This document shows, in pieces, positions 6,543 through 15,412 of a stretch of 64,000 nt of DNA. The DNA lies in contig CAYSKI010000020.1 of the NCBI GenBank assembly GCA_964431695.1, positions 1,877 to 65,876 of the forward strand, read 5' to 3'. Made by a program: the position numbers and the translations under genes. This stretch comes from an uncultured Pirellulales bacterium. GTDB taxonomy: Bacteria > Planctomycetota > Phycisphaerae > Sedimentisphaerales > Anaerobacaceae. The notes beneath the pieces were generated by a model that made no database searches, was not told where the DNA came from, and saw only the letters and a list, made by a program, of their open reading frames with translations. Position 1 is the first letter of the stretch; each line of letters starts with the position of its first letter.

Positions 6543-9500
6543 TCATCTCGCGAGCTGGAAGTTTTCGTCGCCGACGAGCTGTTTCATCTTCCGGCAGAAC
6601 TCCGAATCGGGATTGACACTCAAGGCTTTATCGGCAGCGGTATAAACCTTGCCTTTTTCAGTATGCACAGCGACATAAACGGGACTTTTTCCTCTGTGGT
6701 GCTGACAGATGCTTTTAATCATCGTCACCTTCTCTTTGGTGACGTCCCTGGCGACCAGCCGGAGCCTGACTTTTGCGGCCAATTTATCGCGAACCTCATC
6801 AAGAGTGATTAGCTCATCAGCGATTATATTTGGGGTTTCCCTCCGATAATCGGCTTTGCCTTTTACGAATACAACCGTATCCGGGACCAATTTTTGACCA
6901 TAACGACTAAGCACTTCCGGGAACATGACGACCTCGATTTGGCCCTGCAAATCTTCGAGCGTGAAAACGGCCATTTTCGAACCGGCGTTTCGGCCGGACT
7001 TCGTAATATTGTATCTAATTTTCAACACCATACCGCCTATCACCACCTGTCTCTCGCCGTTGGCCTGCTGCAAATCCGAACTGTTACAGTTTGAAAAAAT
7101 GTTAATCGTCTCGGCGTGGTGACTCAGCGGATTGCTGGTGACATAAAAACCCAGAACCTCCTTTTCGTATGCGAGCATCTGCGGCTCCGGCCAGGGCGCT
7201 ACGACGGGCAGACGCTGATGGTCCCTGGAATAATCATTCCCGCCGGTTATCTGGCCGAAGAAATTCATCTGGCCCGCCTGCTTATCGGCCTGCAGGCCCG
7301 AGCCGCTTTCCATGGCCCTTTCCAGACCGGCCATCATTTGTGCACGATTTCCACCGAGCTTGTCGAATGCGCCGGCCTTGATAAGCGCCTCGAGCACCTG
7401 TTTATTGGCGGCCCTCAAGTCCACGTTTTCACAGAAATGGAAAAGGCTCTGAAACCGACCGACCTGTTTACGGGCGGCGATGATTTGCTCGACCGCTTTT
7501 TCGCCGACCCCCTTGACGGCGGCCAGTCCGAAACGGATTACTCCCTTCTTTCGTCGGCCGTCGGCATCATTTTCATAAAGCGGCGTGAAATCCACACCGC
7601 TTTCGTTGATATCGGGCGGCAGAACCTCGATATCCATCTGATTGCACTCATTGATATAATCAACAACCTTGTCGGTGTTGTCCATTTCAAAGGTCAACAG
7701 GGCCGCCATAAACTCAACGGGCCAGTGCGTCTTCATATAAGCGGTTTGATACGCTATAAAAGCATAGCGGGTCGAGTGACTCTTGTTGAAACCGTAGCCA
7801 GCGAACCGTTCGATCAACTCGAAAATCTGCTCGGCCTGCTTTGTCGACAGACCTTTATCCACGCAACCGGCAATAAATCGCTCCTTCTCTTTTGCGATTG
7901 TCTTGGCCTTCTTTTTGCTGATGGCCTTGATAAGGGTATAGGCCTCCCGCAGCGGGATGTCACCGAGGCGGTTGCAAATCCGCATGACCTGCTCCTGATA
8001 GGTCATAATGCCGTATGTCTCGTCGAGGACTTCGGTCATAATCGGATGCGGCAGGCTCCATTTGGCCCCGTGCTTGCGATCGATGTAATCGGGAATCAGA
8101 ATCATCGGGCCGGGCCGATAAAGCGCGTTCGCCGCTATCAAATCCTCAATCCGGTCCGGCTTCATTTTCATCAGGAGGTTTTGCATCCCGCCCGACTCGA
8201 ACTGGAAGATTCCCTTTGTTTTGCCGGCCGAAAAAAGCTCAAACACCTTATGGTCGGCCAGATCCACTTTTTCCAGGTCGATTTCTTCGCCGTGAATCTC
8301 CCGGACCAGAATGCAGGCCCTGTCCAGCACGCTGAGTGTCTTTAGTCCCAGAAAATCCATTTTCAGCAGGCCGACCTTTTCCACCGTCGGTCCGTCGAAC
8401 TGAGTGACAATGTCTTCCGAGCCGGACGCCTGATACAAGGGCACAAAATTCGTCAAAGGCTCATCGGCAATCACGACGCCAGCGGCGTGGACCGAGGCGT
8501 GACGTGCCAGGCCTTCGAGTTTTTTGCCTATGTCAATCACCTTTCGGATAAGCTCGTTTTGCTCGTAAGAGCGTTTCAGCTCGGGTTCGGTTCCCAACGC
8601 TTTTTCGAGCGTCATATCGAGCGAGAACGGCACGAGCTTCGCTAACCGGTCGGCTTCAATCAGCGGCACACCGAGCACCCGGCAAACGTCGCGAATTACC
8701 GCGCGCGCCTTCATGGTCCCGAACGTGATAATCTGGGCGACGTGCCCGTATTTTTGACGGACGTAGTCGATAATTTGGCCCCGATGCGCCTGGCATATAT
8801 CGATATCGATATCGGGCATTTCGTTGCGGTGCGGGTCCATGAATCGCTCGAAAAGCAAATCATAACGAATCGGATCCACATCACACAGACCCAGACAGTA
8901 ACCGACTAATGTCCCTACGCCGCTGCCGCGGGCGCCGATGGCGATATTATTCTCGTGTGCGAATTTACAAAAATCCCAGACAATCAGAAAGTAACTCGCA
9001 AAGCCCTTGGATTCGATTACCTTAAGCTCCCTGTCGAGCCTCTCTTTAATCTCGTCGGAGATTTCGCCGTAGCGTTCTTTCACCCCTTCGTAGCATATTT
9101 CGGTAAGGTAATCTTCCGGTGTTTTTTCATCCGGCGGCTCGAAACGCGGGGCGTGACGTGTCTTCAAATCGAGCTCCACGTTGCAGCGCTCGGCGATAGC
9201 AAGCGTATTGTCACAGGCCTCATCCACTTCGGCAAAAAGCTGCCGCATCTGGCCGGGACTTTTAAGATACACATCCGAGGGATAAATCATCCTGTCCGGG
9301 TCGTCGGCCCTTTTGCCGGTACTGATGGCACACAGGCAGTTATGGGCCTCGTGGTCCTCCTCTTGAAGGAAATGCACGTCATTTGTCGCCACCAGGCCGA
9401 CGCCTAATTTTTGTGCTATCTCTATCAAGCCCTGCCGGACGCTTGTTTCATCCGGCTCGTGATGCTGTATTTCTATGAAATATCTTTCGGGTCCGAAAAT

Positions 9501-10013
9501 CTTCAGGTAACTTTCCGCCGCGGCGAGGGCGCCCTTTTCGTCGCCTCTAAGAAGTGACATCGCAACCTCGCCTTTAAGACATGCGGAAGTGCAAATCAAT
9601 CCCTCGCTGTATTCGGCCAGAATCTGCTTGTCTATCCTCGGGCGATAATAGAATCCCTCGGTGAAACCGGCACTTGCAAGCTTGAGAAGATTCTGATAGC
9701 CGGTAATATTTTCCGCCAACAATATCAGGTGGTATGCAGCGTCGGATATGCTGGTTTTCGTCCTGTCGAACCGGCTGGCAGGCGCGACATACGCCTCGAT
9801 ACCGATGATGGGCTTGATATGTGCGGCAACCGCCTTGGTATAAAATTCGATAGCACCGAACATATTGCCGTGATCCGTTACAGCCACCGATTTCATATCA
9901 AGCTTTTTGCACTCCTTTAGGAGCTTATCGAAAGATATCGCGCCGTCCAGCAGCGAATATTGACTATGCAAATGAAGATGTGTAAATCCTTTATCCGTCA
10001 TAACTTGCACCAT
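6543..10013 (-). CDS. dnaE: DNA polymerase III subunit alpha
   Basis: 1156 aa. PHP domain FTHLHLHSQYSLLDGA; palm/fingers GRGSGVGTLVGYCLG, PDIDIDIC, FNKSHSTRYA; OB fold and C-terminal tail. The start could also be the ATG at 10001. Confidence 0.97.
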   Translation of the reverse strand: MVQVMTDKGFTHLHLHSQYSLLDGAISFDKLLKECKKLDMKSVAVTDHGNMFGAIEFYTKAVAAHIKPIIGIEAYVAPASRFDRTKTSISDAAYHLILLAENITGYQNLLKLASAGFTEGFYYRPRIDKQILAEYSEGLICTSACLKGEVAMSLLRGDEKGALAAAESYLKIFGPERYFIEIQHHEPDETSVRQGLIEIAQKLGVGLVATNDVHFLQEEDHEAHNCLCAISTGKRADDPDRMIYPSDVYLKSPGQMRQLFAEVDEACDNTLAIAERCNVELDLKTRHAPRFEPPDEKTPEDYLTEICYEGVKERYGEISDEIKERLDRELKVIESKGFASYFLIVWDFCKFAHENNIAIGARGSGVGTLVGYCLGLCDVDPIRYDLLFERFMDPHRNEMPDIDIDICQAHRGQIIDYVRQKYGHVAQIITFGTMKARAVIRDVCRVLGVPLIEADRLAKLVPFSLDMTLEKALGTEPELKRSYEQNELIRKVIDIGKKLEGLARHASVHAAGVVIADEPLTNFVPLYQASGSEDIVTQFDGPTVEKVGLLKMDFLGLKTLSVLDRACILVREIHGEEIDLEKVDLADHKVFELFSAGKTKGIFQFESGGMQNLLMKMKPDRIEDLIAANALYRPGPMILIPDYIDRKHGAKWSLPHPIMTEVLDETYGIMTYQEQVMRICNRLGDIPLREAYTLIKAISKKKAKTIAKEKERFIAGCVDKGLSTKQAEQIFELIERFAGYGFNKSHSTRYAFIAYQTAYMKTHWPVEFMAALLTFEMDNTDKVVDYINECNQMDIEVLPPDINESGVDFTPLYENDADGRRKKGVIRFGLAAVKGVGEKAVEQIIAARKQVGRFQSLFHFCENVDLRAANKQVLEALIKAGAFDKLGGNRAQMMAGLERAMESGSGLQADKQAGQMNFFGQITGGNDYSRDHQRLPVVAPWPEPQMLAYEKEVLGFYVTSNPLSHHAETINIFSNCNSSDLQQANGERQVVIGGMVLKIRYNITKSGRNAGSKMAVFTLEDLQGQIEVVMFPEVLSRYGQKLVPDTVVFVKGKADYRRETPNIIADELITLDEVRDKLAAKVRLRLVARDVTKEKVTMIKSICQHHRGKSPVYVAVHTEKGKVYTAADKALSVNPDSEFCRKMKQLVGDENFQLAR

Positions 10014-10333
10014 CCTTCATAAGAGTTATGTTTATAAAAGGATGATAGATTCCATTACCGCTATTGTCAAACGAAATATCTTTGTGGAAAAAGTCATTAC
10101 AAGCTTTTCGAAGAACAGAGCGGCAATCCTCCATTAATGAAATAAATGAATCATGCACAATTTGTTTTAGTCCACCATTTAAATATCGCATCATCAATGA
10201 AAGTAAGGCATGCCATCGAACCTAATGCAATAATAAGCAAAGTATAATTTTTCTTCTTTCCGTATGATAAACATCATATATAATTTACGACAATCACGAT
10301 AAGTCTTTATTTTTTAACGAAAGGGATAGGATT

Positions 10334-10783
10334 ATGTCTAAGAGTCTGTTTTTGCAAATTTTTACATTCTGTACTTCTTTTCTGCTTGTTTCCTGCGCCA
10401 CAAATCCCCCTCAAAAACATACTCCGGGGCCGACTGAAATTAACATCAAGTCAAGTCTGGGTCTTAGTTTACCTGATGATACGGCAGCCCAGCTTAAGAT
10501 ACCACCAAAATTAAATGGCAGCTTGAGTATCAAAGTAAATGCAGAAGCACTCGAAGATGAGCCGTTACGTTCACACTTTCTCGGCAGCATAAGCATCATA
10601 TTCACCGATACAGAAACCAGACAGAATTACCTGAATTTCGAAACTACCGTCGAAGGAAATGCCGACGGCAGCCCAGACGAGGGCGTCACTGAGGCATTCA
10701 AAAAATTCTTTGATGCAATAATGTTACTACATAATTCTACGAATCAATTTGTTCCAAAGAACCAAAGCAAATCAGATAACTAA
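10334..10783 (+). CDS. hypothetical lipoprotein
   Basis: Signal peptide with lipobox LLVS|C. No family recognised. Confidence 0.6.
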   Translation: MSKSLFLQIFTFCTSFLLVSCATNPPQKHTPGPTEINIKSSLGLSLPDDTAAQLKIPPKLNGSLSIKVNAEALEDEPLRSHFLGSISIIFTDTETRQNYLNFETTVEGNADGSPDEGVTEAFKKFFDAIMLLHNSTNQFVPKNQSKSDN

Positions 10784-10841
10784 GAAACCGAAAACCTCCA
10801 GAAAAACAATAATAAACATAATAAACAAAACGGAGAAAGCT

Positions 10842-11357
10842 ATGAGGATATCATCAATAAAATCACATCACTTTTTACTAACATCTATATGTCTGTTAAC
10901 TGCTATCTTCTCAGGGTGTGCATCAAATGCGAGAGTGTTTTATGAAGGAACAAGAACAACAAAGACTGTTGCAAAGGCAACTTTAACAGCTCAAACGCCC
11001 ACGGAGCTGCAAAACGCCGGGTATATTCAAATAGGAACATTCGAATCGGAAACTACCACGCATGGATTGTCGGTCTCAAAAAAAGATTTTGAAAAAAATC
11101 CCAAAGCCATACTCGATTCGATTGCACCCGAAAACTGTGATACGTTTGCAGATTACTATTCATCATTGGATAAAGAGGTTTGCCGAGAAGCTGCAAAGGT
11201 CGGAGGCGAGAAGGTTCTCCTGGAAGAAATAAAACACGATTACTCATTTTTATCTGAAGATCAGACAAAAGTGATGGAAAGTGCAATGACCGAGGACATA
11301 ACTGTAAAATTTGTTACGAGCATTAAAGTCTGGTCAGTGTGGAAAAAAGCAAATTAA
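10842..11357 (+). CDS. hypothetical lipoprotein
   Basis: ATG at 10842 after GGAGAAAGC. MRISSIKSHHFLLTSICLLTAIFSG|C lipobox. Confidence 0.6.
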   Translation: MRISSIKSHHFLLTSICLLTAIFSGCASNARVFYEGTRTTKTVAKATLTAQTPTELQNAGYIQIGTFESETTTHGLSVSKKDFEKNPKAILDSIAPENCDTFADYYSSLDKEVCREAAKVGGEKVLLEEIKHDYSFLSEDQTKVMESAMTEDITVKFVTSIKVWSVWKKAN

Positions 11358-11398
11358 CTTGCAAGAATCTACATCTGTGTTTTGTCACAGATGAATAA

Positions 11399-12142
11399 AT
11401 GGATTTAATGAAGCTCTCTAAGCAAAAATTCATGTCGCTGCTGTTGCCTGCAAAGGGCGCGGAGGTTTTGACGAATATCCCGGTGCTTGCTCTCTTGGCG
11501 GCGAATGTAATCCCCTTAGTTGGTGTGTTGTTCCTTAACTGGAGCGCGGTCTATATCGTGCTGCTTTACTGGGCGGAGAATTTAGCAGTGGGATTCTACA
11601 ATGTCCTGAAGATGGCCTTCGCCAAAGTCAGTCACCCAATCGAGCATTTGGGCAAGCTGTTCCTGATCCCGTTCTTTATCGTTCATTACGGCGGATTTAC
11701 CGCCGTCCACGGCTTTTTCGTGCTGGCGATGTTCAGCAAGGGCGAACAGGGCCCGCCGATGGGCGGCAACGAAAGCTGGCCCTGTTTTCTGGTCTTCGTG
11801 CAGATGCTGTACAATATCGTCAAACATATCATGCTGACCATCCCGCCGGCGGTACGATTAGGCGTGCTTTCGCTATTCGCCAGTCACGGCGTTTCATTTG
11901 TTTATAACTACCTAATCAAGGGTGAATACGCCCGTGCCAATATCCGCGACTTAATGGGCCAGCCTTACGCCCGCGTTTTCGTGATGCACATTACAATCTT
12001 GGGCGGCGGATTTCTCTCAATGGCCCTCGGCTCACCGGCCGCTTTGCTGCTGATCCTGGTTATTCTAAAAACAGCCATCGACGTTAAATTCCATATCCGC
12101 GAGCATAAAAAAGCCGCTAAAAAACAAAAAGCCCATGAGTAA
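11399..12142 (+). CDS. polytopic membrane protein (possibly DUF6498)
   Basis: About 6 predicted TM segments. LFLNWSAVYIVLLYWAENLAVGFYNVLKM resembles DUF6498 as I recall it. Lys-rich C-terminal tail. Confidence 0.55.
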   Translation: MDLMKLSKQKFMSLLLPAKGAEVLTNIPVLALLAANVIPLVGVLFLNWSAVYIVLLYWAENLAVGFYNVLKMAFAKVSHPIEHLGKLFLIPFFIVHYGGFTAVHGFFVLAMFSKGEQGPPMGGNESWPCFLVFVQMLYNIVKHIMLTIPPAVRLGVLSLFASHGVSFVYNYLIKGEYARANIRDLMGQPYARVFVMHITILGGGFLSMALGSPAALLLILVILKTAIDVKFHIREHKKAAKKQKAHE

Positions 12143-12161
12143 AATGATTTTCAAAAAACAA

Positions 12162-12189
12162 TTGCATTTGTTTGTGATTGTTGTATAAT
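12162..12189 (+). promoter_or_regulatory. candidate promoter of the thi4 leader
   Basis: TTGCAT (12162-12167), 16-nt spacer, TATAAT (12184-12189). Confidence 0.5.
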
Positions 12190-12204
12190 CCTCTTATGAA
12201 AATT

Positions 12205-12310
12205 GAATAGGCCAGGGGAGCAACCGGTTGGCCTGAAACAGTTCGGCCGGAAGCTGAGAAATTACCCTATGAACCTGCTCGGGATAATGCCCGCGAAGGA
12301 AGGCTGATTG
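12205..12310 (+). promoter_or_regulatory. TPP (THI-box) riboswitch aptamer
   Basis: ..GGGGAGC..GCTGAGAAATTACCCTATGAACCTGCTCGGGATAATGCCCGCGAAGGAAGG closely matches the THI-box consensus (CUGAGA ... ACCCnnUGAACCUGaucnGGaUAAUGCCnGCG). Boundaries are approximate. Confidence 0.85.
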
Positions 12311-12322
12311 ATTGCGAATTCA

Positions 12323-12350
12323 GGCACTCCTTTTGCAGGGGTGCTTTTTG
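12323..12350 (+). terminator. riboswitch expression-platform terminator
   Basis: Stem ggcactcc/ggggtgct (with G-U pairs), loop ttttgca, then TTTTT at 12345-12349. It lies 58 nt before the thi4 start. Confidence 0.6.
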
Positions 12351-12407
12351 TTTATAACAAGATGCCCCTGGCGCAAACGGGACTTTTTTAGAGAAAGGGA
12401 CAAGGAA

Positions 12408-13160
12408 ATGATAGAGACGGAAATTTCCAAAGCGATCATCGAAGAATACAACAAGAAGCTGACTGGACATCTTGTGAACGACGTGGTTATCGTCGGCGCC
12501 GGGCCGGCCGGTCTGGCAGCCGGTTATTACCTGGCAAAAGCCGGAATAAAAACCGCCCTTATCGAGAGGAAGCTGTCCATCGGCGGCGGAATCTGGGGCG
12601 GAGCAGCGGGATTCAACGTCATCGTCACCCAGGACGACGAGATACCGAACGAATTCGGCATAACTTCCGAAAAACAAAAGGGGCTGTACGTGTTCGATTC
12701 GATAGAATTCGCAAGCGCTCTTGCATTTCAGGCGAAAAAAGCCGGGCTGGAAATCTTCAACCTTACCGAAGCCGAAGATGTAATTATCAAAAAAGATGCT
12801 GTCGAAGGCGTGGTGGTGAACCACTCGCCCATTACCATCGCCGGCCTGCACGTGGACCCGTATTGTATCGCAGCGAAATGTATTATCGATTCGACCGGTC
12901 ATCCGGCGGAAGTTGTTCACATGCTGCGCAAGAGAAAGCCGGAGCTGTTTCCCGAAGGGATACAGGAAGGTTTCATGGATGTGGAAAAGGCCGAAGCCGG
13001 CGTCGTTGAAAAGACCGGTGAAATCTTTCCCGGCCTTTATATCGCGGGGATGGCGGTTTGTGCAGTCTATGGCCTGCCGCGGATGGGGCCGATTTTCGGC
13101 GGGATGCTAAAATCCGGCAAAAAAGTCGCCCGGATGATTATCAAAAAGATACAATCCTGA
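12408..13160 (+). CDS. thi4: thiazole synthase, Thi4 type (ADP-thiazole synthase)
   Basis: VVIVGAGPAGLAAGYYLAKAGIKTALIERKLSIGGGIWGG dinucleotide fold plus the STGHPAEV region. ATG at 12408 after GAAAGGGACAAGGAA. The longest ORF (12312) would run through the riboswitch terminator. Confidence 0.85.
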   Translation: MIETEISKAIIEEYNKKLTGHLVNDVVIVGAGPAGLAAGYYLAKAGIKTALIERKLSIGGGIWGGAAGFNVIVTQDDEIPNEFGITSEKQKGLYVFDSIEFASALAFQAKKAGLEIFNLTEAEDVIIKKDAVEGVVVNHSPITIAGLHVDPYCIAAKCIIDSTGHPAEVVHMLRKRKPELFPEGIQEGFMDVEKAEAGVVEKTGEIFPGLYIAGMAVCAVYGLPRMGPIFGGMLKSGKKVARMIIKKIQS

Positions 13161-13175
13161 AAAAGTCCTGGTGGT

Positions 13176-13802
13176 TTATTCTTTACCCGCCGCCTGTTTC
13201 CAGGAGCTTCGCTGGGTCGCCCGAAGGCCGGAGAATACCGTCACGGCAATCATAATCGTGAACGTCACCGTCGTGAACCAGTATCCCCATGTAGCCGTCT
13301 GAACGTGCGCCATTTTGACAAGGACGGTACCGATGGCAAAAATCTGCGTGAACATTTTGATTTTGCCGGATACGGTTGCGGCGAAATTAATGCCCTTCGC
13401 CTCGGCGATATGCCGCAATACCGTCACGTACGCTTCCCGTGCAATCAGGATACCGGCTACGGACCATTGAATGGCGGCTAACGTGCCAGGGCCGAAATCG
13501 AAAAGTCTCGGCTGTCCTATCAAAGCAAAACAAATAAACGCCCCGCAGACCAGGACCTTATCGACGAGCGGGTCTAGCATCCTGCCGAACTTGCTTGTTA
13601 CGTTGAGCCTGCGGGCTGCCATGCCGTCGAAAATATCGGTCAGTCCCGAGACAACGAAGAGAATAAAAGCCACATCGAGAAAACCGGGAAACGGAATTTC
13701 ACCGTCAGTGTAATACCGCGGCGCTAAAAGAATCATAATTAAAAAAATTACGGTCAGGACAAGACGGCCGAGAGTCAGAATGTTCGGAATTTGCTTTAAC
13801 AT
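13176..13802 (-). CDS. pgsA: CDP-alcohol phosphatidyltransferase (PgsA-like)
   Basis: DGMAARRLNVTSKFGRMLDPLVDKV matches D-G-x2-A-R-x8-G-x3-D-x3-D. Start at the ATG at 13802 (MLKQIPNILTLGR); the longest ORF begins at a TTG at 13838. Confidence 0.85.
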   Translation of the reverse strand: MLKQIPNILTLGRLVLTVIFLIMILLAPRYYTDGEIPFPGFLDVAFILFVVSGLTDIFDGMAARRLNVTSKFGRMLDPLVDKVLVCGAFICFALIGQPRLFDFGPGTLAAIQWSVAGILIAREAYVTVLRHIAEAKGINFAATVSGKIKMFTQIFAIGTVLVKMAHVQTATWGYWFTTVTFTIMIAVTVFSGLRATQRSSWKQAAGKE

Positions 13803-13840
13803 AGCATCAAGTTTACTTTGCTTTTCGAAACAGTTCAATA

Positions 13841-15217
13841 CTAAATCCGCTCTACGATTAAATCATAATCTTTTGTCCCGACTACCTTTGTCCGGATAAA
13901 TTGTCCCGGCAGTATTGGATGTTTTCTTTGCCGGTCGACGGTTTTTATCAAACACAGACTGTCAATTTCGGGGGCCTGGCCGTAGTAGCGCCCCTTCGCC
14001 AGAAATTCACTCTCTACCGAATCGACAAGACAGGTTATTTCACTGTCGATTTTGTTTCGATTTTTTGCAAAGGCGATTTCCTGCTGGCAGAGCATCAAAT
14101 CATCGAGCCGTTTCTGTTTGACTTCGTCCGGGACCTGGCCCGGCATCTCGGCGGCGGCTGTTCCGGCTTCGGGATAAAACTTGAAGCAGCCTAAAGCGTC
14201 GAACTGCGCCCATCGGACAAAATCCATAAGCTCGTTGAAATGCCGGTCGGTTTCGCCGGGATAGCCGACTATCATCGTTGTCCGCAACACGATGTCCGGC
14301 ATCGCCGAGCGAAGGTCCTCGATTAACCTTTGGATTCGTCTTTTCGTATCCGGCCGGCGCATCGACTTGAGGATATCATCGCTGATGTGCTGTAAAGGAA
14401 TATCCAGGTAATGCACGATTTTTTCACTTTTCACGATCGTTTCAATCAGTTTTTCACTGATTCCTGTCGGATACGAATACATCAATCGAATCCATACAAG
14501 CGAGGGGATTTTTTCGAGATCGGCCAGAAGGTCCGCCAGACCATTTTTCAATTTCAGGTCGCGGCCGTAGAAGGTCGTATCCTGCGCAATCACATTCAAT
14601 TCCAACACGCCGGCGGAAATCAATTCCCCGGCTTCGGCCAGGACAAGCTCCCGCGGCTTGCTTCGGAACCGGCCGCGAATTGCCGGTATCGTACAAAAGC
14701 TGCATCGATGATCGCAGCCCTCGCTGATCCGCAGGTAGGCCCAATGCCCCGGTGTTATAAGTAATCTCGTCCGGTCATCCAGAATCCTTTGCCTGTCCGG
14801 GTCGTCGGATTTATCAAAAGGTGGTATCGGCCTCTCGGACGAAAGTACTTCCCGGATGATCTTTGCTATATTGTCTCTCTGGCTTAAGCCGATTACTGCA
14901 TCGATGCCGTCGATCTCACTATAGATATCGGGCCCTAATCTCTCCGGCAGACAGCCCGCGACGATTACCTTGCCGACCCTCTGTTTCGGATCGGCTTTAT
15001 CGGCCACGGCCTGCTTAATTGCTTCGAGCGATTCGGCCTTTGCAGGAGCGATAAAAGCGCAGGTATTGACTACGATAACGTCGGCATTATAGGACTCGGG
15101 TGAAATTAGAAATCCCGCCTCGGCAATTTCAGCGAGCATCCTTTCGCTGTCAACGGTGTTTTTCGGGCAGCCCAACGAGATAAAACCAACAGTAATTCTA
15201 TGTTTTTTTCGTGCCAT
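13841..15217 (-). CDS. rimO: ribosomal protein S12 methylthiotransferase
   Basis: ISLGCPKNTVDSE (UPF0004), radical-SAM CDHRCSFC, and a C-terminal TRAM region. ATG at 15217 (MARKKHR..). Confidence 0.9.
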   Translation of the reverse strand: MARKKHRITVGFISLGCPKNTVDSERMLAEIAEAGFLISPESYNADVIVVNTCAFIAPAKAESLEAIKQAVADKADPKQRVGKVIVAGCLPERLGPDIYSEIDGIDAVIGLSQRDNIAKIIREVLSSERPIPPFDKSDDPDRQRILDDRTRLLITPGHWAYLRISEGCDHRCSFCTIPAIRGRFRSKPRELVLAEAGELISAGVLELNVIAQDTTFYGRDLKLKNGLADLLADLEKIPSLVWIRLMYSYPTGISEKLIETIVKSEKIVHYLDIPLQHISDDILKSMRRPDTKRRIQRLIEDLRSAMPDIVLRTTMIVGYPGETDRHFNELMDFVRWAQFDALGCFKFYPEAGTAAAEMPGQVPDEVKQKRLDDLMLCQQEIAFAKNRNKIDSEITCLVDSVESEFLAKGRYYGQAPEIDSLCLIKTVDRQRKHPILPGQFIRTKVVGTKDYDLIVERI

Positions 15218-15412
15218 AAACCCTAAAAATAGCAAATAATCGGGATTTCGTCTAAAAGAAATGCGTTATTTTGCTAATTATTCACCTACATCCTTGACGA
15301 TATGAGGCCAGGGGATATAATATTTTGTTATTCTGCCTACACTTATGGCAGCTTCATTCTGTATAGATGAGCACACCGTGGAGCGTAGGTTTTTTAGATT
15401 GGTCATTAGATT

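Noticed and set aside
6509-6547. Shared short motif: ccattcga..gctcagg at 6509-6531, and in inverted orientation at 29032-29053. At 6509-6547 it is combined with a hairpin gatgacac/gtgtcatc that overlaps the dnaE stop codon.
   Set aside because: Only about 15 matching nucleotides in two copies is too little to call a repeat family. The hairpin lacks a T-run on the dnaE strand, so it is not called as a terminator.
7116-8345. 409-aa ORF on the plus strand, antisense to dnaE.
   Set aside because: It lies entirely inside the well-supported dnaE CDS. Its product is Arg/Gly/Leu/His-rich with no motifs. Long antisense ORFs are expected opposite GC-rich, RNY-biased coding sequence.
9991-10197. 68-aa ORF upstream of and overlapping the dnaE start.
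   Set aside because: It has no RBS, overlaps the first dnaE codons out of frame, and shows no recognisable features. It is more likely just the promoter/leader region.
12267-12920. 217-aa minus-strand ORF overlapping the TPP riboswitch and thi4.
   Set aside because: It is antisense to thi4 and runs through a recognisable riboswitch. It has no motifs.
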